Below, in pieces: positions 19,623 through 29,657 of a DNA stretch of 64,000 bases; positions within the stretch are counted from its first letter, which is position 1, and every line of letters begins with the position of its first letter. A model generated the notes under the pieces. That model saw only the letters and a program-made list of their open reading frames with translations. It had not been told where the DNA came from and did not search any database. Source of the stretch: Candidatus Binatia bacterium. Its GTDB lineage: Bacteria; Desulfobacterota; Binatia; UBA9968; JAJDTQ01. Made by a program: the position numbers and the translations under genes. The DNA lies in assembly GCA_963666515.2 (NCBI GenBank), contig OY762897.2, forward strand, positions 864,001 to 928,000, written 5' to 3'.

Positions 19623-21080
19623 CTACACGTTGACCACCACCACGCCCTTGGGCTCCAGGTAGTAGTCCAGCGCCTCGGGGCCGTGCTCGCGGCCCACGCC
19701 GCTGGACTTGACCCCGCCGAAGGGCAGCTCGTCGTAGCCGTAGTGGAGCGAATTGACCCACACGTTGCCCGCCTCGAGCCGGTCGATGGCCTTGTTGGCG
19801 TAGTTCATGTTGCTGGTCCAGATGGACGAGCCCAGGCCGAATTCGGAGGCGTTGGCCCGCTCGATGGCCTCGTCGATGTCCTTGAAGGTGAACACCGGCA
19901 GGGCCGGGCCGAAGCACTCCTCGGTGGCGATGCGGGCGTCGTCGGGCACGTCCGTGAGCAGCGTCGGCAGGTAGAAGTGGCCGTTCTTGAACTCGTCGCC
20001 CTCGGGCCGGGCGCCGCCCGCCACCGCCTTGGCACCGCGCGCCTTGGCGTCCTCCACCTGCTCCTCCACCTCGGTGCGCTGGTAGTCCACGTGGAGCGGC
20101 CCCATGCGGCTTTCCTTCTTCATGCCGTCGCCCACCGCCTTCTTCTGCAGGCCCGCGGCGAGCTTGCCGACGAAGTCCTCGGCGACGGATTCGTGCACGA
20201 AGAGCCGCTTCACCCCCAGGCACATCTGGCCGCAGTTGAAGTACCGTCCGATGTCGGCCATCTTCACCGCCATGTCGACGTTGGCGTCCTCCATGACGAT
20301 CATGGGGTCGCTGCCGCCCAGCTCCAGGGTCACGCGCTTGATCTCCCTCCCGGCCACCTCCATGACGTGGCGCCCGATGGGGGTGGAGCCGGTGAAGGCG
20401 ATGCGGCGGATGCGGGGGTTGCTGAGCAGCTCCTCGCCCACCGAACCGCCCGGTCCGCTGACGAAGTTCACCGCGCCCTTGGGCAGGCTCTTCTTGCCGC
20501 CGGCGTAGGTGGCCTGGGCGATCAACTCCATGCACAGCGCCGTGGCCAGCGGCGTGGTGGAGGCGGGCTTCACGATGATGGTGTTGCCGGCCGCCAGCGC
20601 CGGGCCCACCTTGGTGCCCATGAGCGTCAGCGGGAAGTTCCACGGCACAATGGCGCCGCACACGCCGATGGGCTGGCGCACCACCATGCCGTAGGCGTTC
20701 TTCTGCGGCAGCGGCACGTGGGAGCCCCGCACCTTGGAGGCCAGCCCGGCGTAGAATTCCAGGCCGTGGATCAGGTGGTGGATCTCCAGCCCGGCCTCGA
20801 ACAGGGTCTTGCCCTGCTCCTGGGTCAGCAGCGCCGCGATGTCCTTGCTGCGCTCCTGGATCAGCTCGCAGGCGCTCTCCAGCGCCTTGCCGCGGTCCTC
20901 GGGAGTGGTGTCGGACCACTCCTTGAACGCCTCTTCCGCGGCGTCCACTGCCTGCCGGACGTCCTCCTCCGAGCCCTTGGCGGCGTGGTCCACGACCTGG
21001 CCGGTGGCCGGGTTGCGCACTTCGTAGGTTTCCTTCTTCACGGCGTCGACGAGCTCGCCGCCGATCAACAGCTTGGACAT
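19623..21080 (-). CDS. NAD(P)-dependent aldehyde dehydrogenase
   Basis: PWNFP, FTGST, LELGG, NCGQMC, EECFGP, PFGGVKSSG. Confidence 0.95.
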   Translation of the reverse strand: MSKLLIGGELVDAVKKETYEVRNPATGQVVDHAAKGSEEDVRQAVDAAEEAFKEWSDTTPEDRGKALESACELIQERSKDIAALLTQEQGKTLFEAGLEIHHLIHGLEFYAGLASKVRGSHVPLPQKNAYGMVVRQPIGVCGAIVPWNFPLTLMGTKVGPALAAGNTIIVKPASTTPLATALCMELIAQATYAGGKKSLPKGAVNFVSGPGGSVGEELLSNPRIRRIAFTGSTPIGRHVMEVAGREIKRVTLELGGSDPMIVMEDANVDMAVKMADIGRYFNCGQMCLGVKRLFVHESVAEDFVGKLAAGLQKKAVGDGMKKESRMGPLHVDYQRTEVEEQVEDAKARGAKAVAGGARPEGDEFKNGHFYLPTLLTDVPDDARIATEECFGPALPVFTFKDIDEAIERANASEFGLGSSIWTSNMNYANKAIDRLEAGNVWVNSLHYGYDELPFGGVKSSGVGREHGPEALDYYLEPKGVVVVNV

Positions 21081-21172
21081 TCTTTACCTCCGGATTGTGA
21101 ACCTGATGAGATGTTCGGCGTGAAGCCCCGGCCCGGGCCGCGCGGCGGGGGGGCTTCGAACCGCCGTTCCGT

Positions 21173-21961
21173 CTACTGGCCCTTGAACTTGGCCGTCCGC
21201 TTCTCCAGGTAGGCCTGGACGCCTTCGTTGCCGTCGTCGCTGGCGAAGGTCTGGGTGAGTACTTCGCGCTCGAACGCCAGGCCCTCGGGCAGCGAGGTCT
21301 CGATGCCCGCGTGGACGGCGCGCTTGATCTTGCCCACGGCCATGCTGGCCTTGTTGGGGGGCACGAACTGCCTGGCGTAGTCCATGACGTCCTGCATGAA
21401 GCTGTCGCGCTCGTAGATGTAGTGGAGGAGCCCCATGTCGTGGGCCTCGTCGAAGGCCACCTGCTTGCCGGTGGCGCACAACTCCAGGGCCTTGGCGCGG
21501 CCCACCAGGCGCGGCAGCCGCTGGGTGCCGCCCATGCCCGGCATGACGCCCAGGTTCACCTCCGCCAACCCCATGCGGCCGCCGTCCTTCTTGCCGATGC
21601 GGATGTCCGCGGCCATGGAGATCTCCAGGCCGCCGCCGATGGCGTGGCCGTTGACCGCGGCGATGACCAGCTTGGGGGTGTTCTCCATGCGCATCAGCAC
21701 CTCGTGGCCGTGCAGCGCGAAGTTGGACTTGTAGGAAAGGTTCTGGGTGCCGAGCATGTTGATGTCGGCGCCGGCCGAGAAGAACTTCTCGCCCTTGCCG
21801 GTGATCACGATCACGTGGATGCCGTCGTCGAAGCGGGCGGCCAGGAGCGCATCGTCGAGTTCGCGCAACATCTCGTGGGTGTAGGAATTGACCGGCGGGT
21901 GATTCAGCTCGATGAGGGAGATGCCGCCTTCGTTGGTCTGGTCGATGCTGCCGTCTGCCAT
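21173..21961 (-). CDS. Enoyl-CoA hydratase/isomerase (crotonase) family protein
   Basis: [38 protein letters not shown]; AGGAGG RBS before ATG 21961. Confidence 0.93.
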   Translation of the reverse strand: MADGSIDQTNEGGISLIELNHPPVNSYTHEMLRELDDALLAARFDDGIHVIVITGKGEKFFSAGADINMLGTQNLSYKSNFALHGHEVLMRMENTPKLVIAAVNGHAIGGGLEISMAADIRIGKKDGGRMGLAEVNLGVMPGMGGTQRLPRLVGRAKALELCATGKQVAFDEAHDMGLLHYIYERDSFMQDVMDYARQFVPPNKASMAVGKIKRAVHAGIETSLPEGLAFEREVLTQTFASDDGNEGVQAYLEKRTAKFKGQ

Positions 21962-22113
21962 TTGTGCCTCCTGAAGTAGCGGGAAAAAGGACTCTGTAAC
22001 GGGGGGCTGCCGGTGCTCGCCGGTTCCCATCTGAATTAGCGGGCAGGGCCGGACAAGTCAACCGTTGACGGGCTCCGTTGGAAAACCCGCTGCCGTATGG
22101 CAAGAGTAACACG

Positions 22114-23280
22114 ATGGCCAGTCAGAACACGCGACAGAAAACCCTCCGAAGCGGCCTGAAAGCGCTTCGCAACGAAGGGCTGGAGACGGAATCGCCGGAT
22201 GCAGCCACGGTGGAACCGCTGCTCCAGCGGTTCGGAGCCGATCCTGTGGTTTCCCTGGCCGTGGCGCACGTGCTGGGCCGTGTCCGGGACGCCGCCTCGG
22301 TGAGCGCGCTCAAGGACCTGGAGCAACGGGCGGGGAGCAAGGAAGTCCGCCGGGAGATCCGGCGGTCGCTGTTCAAGCTGGCTCAGGGGGGCCTTTCGTC
22401 CGACAAGCCGGGAGCGGCGGCGGGGGAGGGCGGGGCCAATTTCAGCCTCGCGCCGGAGATCGAAGGGTACCTGTCGTCGGTCACGGGCGGCGGCTCGCGC
22501 ATGGTCATCCTCACGCGGCCGCAGCCCGGCGGCGGGCTTCTGGTCATGCAGGCGGCCGTCAACGACCGCCGCGGCCTCGAAAGGCTGGCAGGCAACGTCA
22601 TCCGCCGCAAGGAACTGCGGCAGATGATGGACGACATGAAGACCCGGTTGGATGTCTCCCTGACTCCCGTGCCTTGGGAGTATGCCGACTGGCTGATGCA
22701 CGACGCTTACGGAAAGGTGAAGGATTCACCCGGCGAGGGGGTGTCGGACTATCCCCGGCTGCGGACCCACCTGACCGGCGCCAAGCCCGCGCAGCGCGCC
22801 CACCCGGTCTACGATCTCGTGGACGCCGCCGGCATCGGCTCCACCGCCCTGTCCGAGACATCGGAGAAGCTCCTGGAGGAGCCGGAGTTCCGCACCTGGT
22901 TCGTGGAGAAGGACCTGCTGGAGCCCTACCTGCAGCGCCTGGAGGAGGCCGAGCAGAGCCGCATCGTGCTCAACCCGATGCAGAAGGAAGAGCGGTTCCG
23001 CAGCATCGTCCGGGAAGCCGTCGAGGGTATCTTCCTCGGAGCGGAAACGCGCGCGGTCTTCGAGGGACGACTCGAAGACGCCGCGCTCCATCTCCACGTC
23101 TCCGGCCAGGAAGAGAAGGCGAGGGATATCCTGGGCGTCGCCCTGGCCATTCGCCGCGGCGACCTCGGGCGCCTGGGAGTCCCGTTGCTCGAAGCCCTCG
23201 TCATGCGGAGCCTCGGCCTGCACGAGGCGCAGGAGAAGCAGGAAGCCGAGGAAGAGCCGTCGCTGATCGTCAAGCCGTAG
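22114..23280 (+). CDS. Hypothetical protein with N-terminal HEAT-like helices
   Basis: Codon usage like the core genes; HEAT-like AVAHVLG...ALKDL...KEVRREIRRSLFKL; no catalytic motif recognised. Confidence 0.75.
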   Translation: MASQNTRQKTLRSGLKALRNEGLETESPDAATVEPLLQRFGADPVVSLAVAHVLGRVRDAASVSALKDLEQRAGSKEVRREIRRSLFKLAQGGLSSDKPGAAAGEGGANFSLAPEIEGYLSSVTGGGSRMVILTRPQPGGGLLVMQAAVNDRRGLERLAGNVIRRKELRQMMDDMKTRLDVSLTPVPWEYADWLMHDAYGKVKDSPGEGVSDYPRLRTHLTGAKPAQRAHPVYDLVDAAGIGSTALSETSEKLLEEPEFRTWFVEKDLLEPYLQRLEEAEQSRIVLNPMQKEERFRSIVREAVEGIFLGAETRAVFEGRLEDAALHLHVSGQEEKARDILGVALAIRRGDLGRLGVPLLEALVMRSLGLHEAQEKQEAEEEPSLIVKP

Positions 23281-24683
23281 CGTGAGAAACCGCAAGCATA
23301 CGGCATCCACCTACAGCAGTCCGTTTAGTGCTTTGAAGGCTTGCTCGAAACGATCAAGTTCCTGTTCACTCAGTCGAGCCACCAACGCCCCGACTTCGCT
23401 GGCGAAATAGCGAGCTGGTGCGTAGTGGTTGAATTTGGCGTTTTTCGGAAGCGGATTGTCTTTGATGTGGCGCTCAAGACGGCGGAGGATTCGAGGAGGG
23501 TTCTTGGGCAAATCTGCCAAAGCAACTGATGAACCGAAGGTCCCGTTCACCAACTCCAGGTAGAAGTTGGGCTCGAACATGTCCTCAATATCGGCTTCGC
23601 TTTTGCCCACATAGTCTGCATATGTCAGGACCTTTTGCTTCTTGAGTAGTTTTCTCTTGTAGAGGTTCTCAAGGGTCTGTTTATCCTTTTTCTGGAAGTC
23701 GAGGAGAACGGCCATCTTAAGACGTGTCTGGGCGCCAATCAGCGCGACGAAGGTTGAGACCTTGTCGGAGCCACCGACTGGAGTGATAGTCCAATCGCTA
23801 CTCAGGCCCACCCTGCCTTTTTCCTGGAGAATGGTCGAGATTGTTTGGATGTAAAGTAGGTCGGATACGCCTTCAACAACGAGGCAGTTTGGGCCGACGA
23901 ACAGTGTCTGGTAGATCTCGTAGCCGAGAGCACCTTGGAGGGGGAAGAGGCTATCCGGTGTTGCATCGAGGACTTCCGTTATGACCTTCGTGCCTTCTTC
24001 GTCTTCCGCGAGATCGTTAGCATCTGGTTCGAGGCTCCTGTCCTGGACGATGCGGACGCGATCAAAATGTGTCGGATCGACCATGAACGGTGAATGGGTT
24101 GTGTAGATGAGTTGGTGATACGGTTTCAGTTCCACCTCAAAGTAACGAAGGAGGTCTTCCTGGGCTTTCGCGTGAAGAGAGAGGCCAGGTTCATCTAGAA
24201 GGAGGATAAGGTTCTCCTTCTTTGCTCGGAGTTGAGAATACCATGCAAGAAAGGAAAAGAACCAGATGAAACCGCGAGAGCGAGTGCCCAACGCTGTGCT
24301 TACCATGTGCTTCGTGTCATGTACACGGCCCCAGATATTCATTCCGTTGGTCATGCCGGGCGGGTCCTGGGATTGACCCGGACGGATATCAAACTTCAAT
24401 CTGAGGTGGCGGTTTTGGGACCAGTATTTTAGCACCTTCTGCGTAAGCTGATTTTCGGCAGCTTCGAGCTTGGCTAGTAAGCTTTCAGTTCTGTCTGGTG
24501 CGAGTATCTGTTGCAAGTTCAACCCAGCAAGAGCAATTAGCCCGAGGAGTGGGTGATCCCGCTCTTCAAGCTCATTGCGATCGACACGGCTCACGAGAGC
24601 GTCAAGATTATCGTGGCCCTTCATCAAGTAGTACTCGTCGAAGTATACCCGATTGTTGCAAAAACCACGGCTGAATTTGAGAG

Positions 24684-26061
24684 TCAGGCGCGGGGCGTGA
24701 GGACTGCGAGAGCATGACGCATCTCAGCTTCGAGTTTGGGATTGGTGTTCATCGACAGGATGAGTTTGCCGGCGGGGCGAATGATACGCCCGGCCCGTTG
24801 AATGAGGGTACGGCGAAGGGTTCCGATTTCGCGAAAGCACCAAAGGGCGGAGCGTTTTGCCGTGGTCGAACGCTCACGCGGGTGGATTCGCATCTGGAGT
24901 TCGCGGGTGAGGTTGTGAGCGAGGATGCTGGCGAACATGTACAACTGGTTCCCCACGCGGGTTTTGACGGGCACCGTAGCCCATTTGGCAGTGGGTCTTC
25001 AACTCGGCGAAGATGCCCTCTTGGGAGCCCCGGCCTTCATGGAAGAGAGCGACCTTGCGTGGGCGGATTCTCTTGTTGGTAACGATGACCTTGAACTCGT
25101 ACCCATAGGAGACGGGCTTGAAGAGGTCGAGTTGGATTTCGTCCTTGTTCTGGTGTCGGACGGGTTTTCTGATGAAGACGAAGCGATAGCGGGTGTTCCA
25201 GGACTTGGGCTTCCAGCGGCTCTCGAAGTAGCCGAGTCCATCCCCCATGGGCCACCATTGTCGTCTGCCCTGGACCATCCCCTTCAGTTCGGCCAAGCGC
25301 TCGAAGGGCACCGAGACGGTGAAGGTGACGCCCAGGGAGTGAAGTCGATCGATGATGTCCCGGTTGAAGAAGGCGCTGTCCATGCGCACCTCGATCCTGG
25401 CCCGGGGCAGGCTCGCGCGCACGATGCACACACAGCGCTCGATGAAGGCGTCGGCGCCCTTGGAGTCGTGGACGTTTCCCGGCCGATGGTGCACGTCGAG
25501 CACCTGGTCGGTCTGGGCGACGGTGCAAAACAGGGGGTAGTAGCTGCGCGCCCCTTTCTTCTTCTTGTTGAACCCCACCGCGGTGCCCTCGGCGTGACGC
25601 CCGGTGCTCAGGACCGAGCCGTCGAAGTCCAGGGTGATGGTCGCGAACCCTTCGGCCACCAGGCGCTCGATGACCACCGTTCTCGACTCGGCGCGGACGT
25701 TGTCGACGCTGCGCACGTCGGCACTCTTCAGCGAGCGGCTCATGGTAGACACCCCCGGCAAGCGTTTCAGCCCAAGCAACCCCTTGACCAGTTCATCATC
25801 CCGGTAGTACGCCAAGTCTTGCAACCGTCGGTGTCCGATGATCAGATGCACCACCAGCAGGAGCAGCACCACGTGGTGACCGTAGATCGGGTTGGCTTTC
25901 AGGTGGCGGAAGCACCGCCGCAGCCGCTCCTTGAGGCCCAGGTGGGAAAAGAAGTGCTGAAAGAGGATGAGCCCCGAATACGATGTCAGTTTCTGCGGCT
26001 CGAATCGAACATCCATGCCCAGCGTGGCTTTACCTCGAACCGCGGTTCTGCTAAGTTTCAT
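24684..26061 (-). pseudogene. IS1380-family DDE transposase with a +1 frameshift near 24975
   Basis: TLDFDGS, YYPL, RPGN, VRMDSAF, RG.QE.IF.ELK. An extra base in tac-g-gtg-ccc shifts GY-VPVKTRVGNQ into the 24684-24974 frame. Confidence 0.85.
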
Positions 26062-26094
26062 TTCGTGGTCTCCGTTTCATCGGGTATTGGGATT

Positions 26095-27357
26095 CACTGC
26101 TGTCCCACAAACTTTAGGTACCCGGGAGGGGGAGTTGGGGTGGCGGGGGAGCCGGGGGCGGCGGGTAGAGGAGGGAAAGGAGCGGGCGGCGGTCGAAGAG
26201 GTTGAGTTGGAGGAGGCGGAGGATGTGGTAGAGGGAGAGGGAGATACGATTGAGGAACTTGATGTAAGCGATGAGGAGATAGACACAGAGGGCGATCCAG
26301 AGTTGAGTGAGGACGGCGTTGCGGGAGGTTCCGAGGAAGCTTTTGACTTTGAGGTGCTGCTTGATCCACTTGAAGAAGAGTTCGACTTGCCAGCGGTCTT
26401 TGTAGATGTCGGCGATGGTTTTGGGGGCCAGGGAGAAGTGGTTGGTGAGGAAGTCGTAGAACTGGCCGGTGGCGGCATCGACATAGCCGACGCGGCGGAG
26501 GGGGCGGGGATACTTGGAATGGCTGGAAGTGAGTTCGATGGTTTGATCGCAGATCACGCCCTGTTCGGGGTGGACGGGCCGGCTTTCACAGACGCGGTAG
26601 CAGGCGCCTCTTTTGAGGCGGGTGACCAGGAAAATCCCTTGTGAATACAGGTGGTTGAGCCAACTGAAGTCCACGTAGCCCCGGTCCGCCACCAGGATGC
26701 TGCCCTGGGGCAGGGTGAGTGCCCGCGCTCCTTTGATGTCGGAGGTCTTGCCGTCGGTGAGGTTGACGAAGGTGGGCAGATAACCGTCATGGTCCAATCC
26801 CAGGTGCACCTTCACCGCTCCCTTGGTGGTACGGAACTTTGCCCACGGAAACAGCGACAGACACAAGTCGATGGTGCTCCCATCCAACGAGTAAAGCTTG
26901 TTCTTGAAGCGAAACTTGTGCCCCGGCGCCTGACTCCGACAGCGGCCCAGCAACTTGCCGAACACCGCCTCGTATAACGTATACGGCTGCTTCTCGTTCA
27001 CCCGCGCCAACGACGATCGGCTCACCCGCTTCACCCCAAGGTGATACTGCTTGTCCGCTTGCACGTCCAGATTCCCCACGATGTCCCGCAGACTGCTCCG
27101 CCCCGCCAATTGCCCCAGCACCATCGCCACGAACTGCCCCCACCGCGTCATCTTCCGCAGCCGCCGCCCCTCGTGGTGCTCCCGCGCCTCCCTCTCAAAT
27201 TCATGTCTCGGCACCAGCTTGAGTATTTGCCCCAATACGGTATGATTATACGCCATGGACCTGAACCTCCCTGTTGATGGGGTTTTTGCTTGTTCCATCT
27301 TAACACAGGCGAGCTCTTCAGGTCCTCCCCCGTTCGTATTTTTGTGGGACAGCAGTG
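26095..27357 (-). mobile_element. IS4-family insertion sequence (1263 bp) nested in the IS1380
   Basis: Perfect 17-bp IRs CACTGCTGTCCCACAAA; 9-bp TSD ATTGGGATT at 26086-26094 and 27358-27366. Confidence 0.95.
26114..27256 (-). CDS. IS4-family transposase (DUF4372 + DDE)
   Basis: LDGSTIDLC, ADRGY and the YREK-type motif Y..RWQVELFFKWIKQHL; ORF intact. Confidence 0.95.
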   Translation of the reverse strand: MAYNHTVLGQILKLVPRHEFEREAREHHEGRRLRKMTRWGQFVAMVLGQLAGRSSLRDIVGNLDVQADKQYHLGVKRVSRSSLARVNEKQPYTLYEAVFGKLLGRCRSQAPGHKFRFKNKLYSLDGSTIDLCLSLFPWAKFRTTKGAVKVHLGLDHDGYLPTFVNLTDGKTSDIKGARALTLPQGSILVADRGYVDFSWLNHLYSQGIFLVTRLKRGACYRVCESRPVHPEQGVICDQTIELTSSHSKYPRPLRRVGYVDAATGQFYDFLTNHFSLAPKTIADIYKDRWQVELFFKWIKQHLKVKSFLGTSRNAVLTQLWIALCVYLLIAYIKFLNRISLSLYHILRLLQLNLFDRRPLLSLLYPPPPAPPPPQLPLPGT

Positions 27358-28225
27358 ATTGGGATTATACCAACGATGATTATAGCAGTTTCGGAGACCA
27401 CATCCTCTAGATCACCTCGTTTTGTTCGCAAAAAAACGTCGCAACAACCCCCCTCGATTTTAACTCACGGGCGGCTGTGGCTTAGCTTCACAGATGGTGA
27501 GCCTGAGCTACTTGCCCGCACGAACCGGAAACCCTATGTAGGACGGCTTCAGCGGGTTCTTCAAGTCAGTTTTTTTGCAACTGACGGGTATAGGAAGTTC
27601 GGTATACGGGCGCGGAGCACCGAATTGTAGACTACATGGGGAAGGTCGTTGTCTGTTATCTCGCTAAGCCTTGAGGTGAGTTGTTGGACGGCTTCGGTCT
27701 GCTCAGCATTGCGCAATGCCTCTATCATGTCTTCGAGTTTCAGACGGCTTATCTCTGAGGCCAGCGGTTGGGAAAGCCCTGCGGCCTTTATCAAATGCTT
27801 TATGGTTTCTTGCTGGTTGACATTCAGGTTAGAGAATGTACATTTGTTTGTATACCCTTTGCGGAGGGTGACGGTTGGGTTGGTCTCTGTGAGACAACGA
27901 GGACCAAAGACCCTCTTCACTTCTTCTACATCGGGTGGTTCGAGGGTGTACGTGGCTTGCACTACTTGTGCAGGCGGTCGCTGTCCAGCTTCCACATCGG
28001 TTTGGTAGTCGGTTACGGATTGACGAGGATAGTCGTCGGTTACATCAAAGTTCCCTGCTCCATCAACTATTGGGTTTAGTCGGTACAATGCCTTAAGCAG
28101 CGCAGTTTTGCCCGCTTCATTCTTTCCAACTAGGCATGTGACGTCACCGATAACGAACTCAGTGGAGTCGGTTATGCTTTGGAACTGCGTGATATGTACA
28201 TTCGTGAGTCTCATACCCTCTCCAA

Positions 28226-28570
28226 GGGAATTACATACATAGCAGTTTACCCCACCTCGCTCGTCAGTGGGGCTTGTTCTTGTGGTAGCGCCAATCACTC
28301 TCGGGCTTCGAGGGTTTCTTTCTACATGATGGCTTTCGCCACGGTTTCTGGCGGAGTGTCAATGCGGACGGTTTCCTGATACTTCGGTTTCTCCAGGCGA
28401 CCGCTTTTCATCTGTGGATTGCATCAGCCATCACGCGGTTCGCCTCGCGATCGTTCACTACCGACCACGGCGGTCTTGCCCAAGGCCTCGGGTTCAGCCC
28501 TCAGCTTCTTGGAGCCGTGCTTATTCTTCTCCTTGCCGCCCATGTAGGTCTTGTCTACTTCAATTGGTCT
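28226..28570 (-). mobile_element. Degenerate IS1595-family element relic
   Basis: Minus-strand fragment PIEVDKTYMGGKEKNKH..KL....GKTAVVG resembles the IS1595 EVDETY.GG motif. It is followed by a broken small ORF (28264-28411) and a candidate terminal IR GGGAATTACATACATAG at 28226. Confidence 0.65.
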
Positions 28571-28922
28571 CTGATGCGCCCTGGCCCAGGAGCACGGCCA
28601 GTTTCTCCAGCACCTCCGCCATCACCTGCGACGGCGCCTGAGCCTCGAAACGGGTTCCCCGTGCTCGCCAGTCCATGCTCTTGACCTGGTCAGCCAAAAC
28701 GACTCCCGTGACGGCGTCTCCCGGTGGGAGGGGAACCTCAAAGGGATAGCCCTTGACCCTGGAAGTGATGGGGCAGAGCAGCGCCAAGCTCGTCTTTCCG
28801 TTGTAGCCTCGTGGGCTGAGGATCAGCGCGGGCCGGCGTCCGGCTTGTTCGTGCCCGGCCTGGGGACTGAAGGTGAGCCAGACGATGTCCCCTGCGTCGG
28901 GGACATACCGGCGCTCTACCAT
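28560..28922 (-). CDS. mazF: MazF/PemK endoribonuclease toxin
   Basis: YVPDAGDIVWL.F.PQAGHEQAGRRPA..LSP..YN, CPITS..KGYPFEV, DQVKS.DW.AR. Confidence 0.95.
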   Translation of the reverse strand: MVERRYVPDAGDIVWLTFSPQAGHEQAGRRPALILSPRGYNGKTSLALLCPITSRVKGYPFEVPLPPGDAVTGVVLADQVKSMDWRARGTRFEAQAPSQVMAEVLEKLAVLLGQGASETN

Positions 28923-29155
28923 TCCTCGTTGCCTTGTGGTGGCCCGGTGTCCACTTCCGGATGGAGGTTGTCGTCCGAAATCTCGGCGAGCATGTCGGCG
29001 AGGTTATAGGTTTCCTTGCGCATCACGAGCCGGTCGCCGCGCGAAACCATTTCGATAGCGGAGCCTTCTTGTACACCCCATTGCTCGGCAATGGGCTTGG
29101 GGATACGGATGGCCAAACTGGTGCCCCATTTGGCGATATGCGACTTGGCGCCCAT
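28916..29155 (-). CDS. mazE: MazE/AbrB-fold antitoxin
   Basis: KWGTSLAIRIPK, Y.L..ML..I...NLHPE.D.G...G.E.W; overlaps mazF. Confidence 0.93.
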   Translation of the reverse strand: MGAKSHIAKWGTSLAIRIPKPIAEQWGVQEGSAIEMVSRGDRLVMRKETYNLADMLAEISDDNLHPEVDTGPPQGNEEW

Positions 29156-29164
29156 AACGACGAT

Positions 29165-29206
29165 CCTCCTCGAAATCTATAATATATAGTTAGAGGAGGT
29201 TTGCAA
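29165..29206 (-). promoter_or_regulatory. mazEF promoter/operator
   Basis: Minus strand TTGCAA-16 nt-TATTAT overlapping nested inverted repeats CCTCCTC...CTATA-ATA-TATAG...GAGGAGG; one arm doubles as the RBS. Confidence 0.6.
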
Positions 29207-29232
29207 GAACAGTGCGTGACCGTGTCGGCCTG

Positions 29233-29625
29233 TCAATCCGCTAGCACCGCGATCGCCTCGATCTCCACCAGGAAGTCCGCGTTGGCCAGGCCGGCGCAGA
29301 CTACCAGGGTGCTGGACGGCGGGTTGTCGCCCATGTACTTGAGGCGCGCCGGGTTGATGTCGTCCCGGTAGCGCGGGTCGGTGATGTAGGTGGTGATCTT
29401 GACCAGGTCGGCGAAGCTGGCGCCGGCCTCGTCGAGCACCGCCTTCATGTTCTTGAGCACCTGCTCGGCCTGGGCCGCGGCGTCGCCCTTGCCGACGACG
29501 TTGCCGTCGGCGTCCACCGCGGTCTGGCCGGCGATGAAGAGCAGGCGTTTCCCTTCGGCCAGGATGCCCTGCGAGTAGCGCGGCCGGGGGTCCGGAAGGC
29601 TCTTGGGTTGCAGCACCTTTCTCAT
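29233..29625 (-). CDS. RidA/YjgF/UK114 family protein
   Basis: YSQG, LFIAGQ, VK.TTY, PP.STLV, LVEIEAIA. Confidence 0.92.
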   Translation of the reverse strand: MRKVLQPKSLPDPRPRYSQGILAEGKRLLFIAGQTAVDADGNVVGKGDAAAQAEQVLKNMKAVLDEAGASFADLVKITTYITDPRYRDDINPARLKYMGDNPPSSTLVVCAGLANADFLVEIEAIAVLAD

Positions 29626-29657
29626 GGCTTCCTCCTGGGCTGGATACGACCAGCGGG

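Larger units (their letters stand above)
24648..27588 (-). mobile_element. IS1380-family insertion sequence (1669 bp after removing the nested IS4 and its TSD)
   Basis: Imperfect IRs CCCGATTGTTGCAAAAA / CCCGTCAGTTGCAAAAA; 4-bp TSD TATA at 24644-24647 and 27589-27592. Confidence 0.9.
23311..28214 (-). pseudogene. OLD-family ATP-dependent nuclease (ABC-ATPase + TOPRIM), interrupted by nested IS elements
   Basis: N-part 27589-28214 has GKNEAGKT. C-part 23311-24647 has LLLDEPG, YTTHSPF and TOPRIM VVEGVSD. Removing 24648-27588 plus one TATA restores RIPNFLYFDEYYLMKG and a 1959-bp (652 aa) ORF. Confidence 0.9.

Noticed and set aside
21100-21160. CTGATGAG followed by a hairpin as a hammerhead ribozyme
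   Set aside because: No GAAA core or cleavage-site stem in the right arrangement; only a GC-rich intergenic hairpin.
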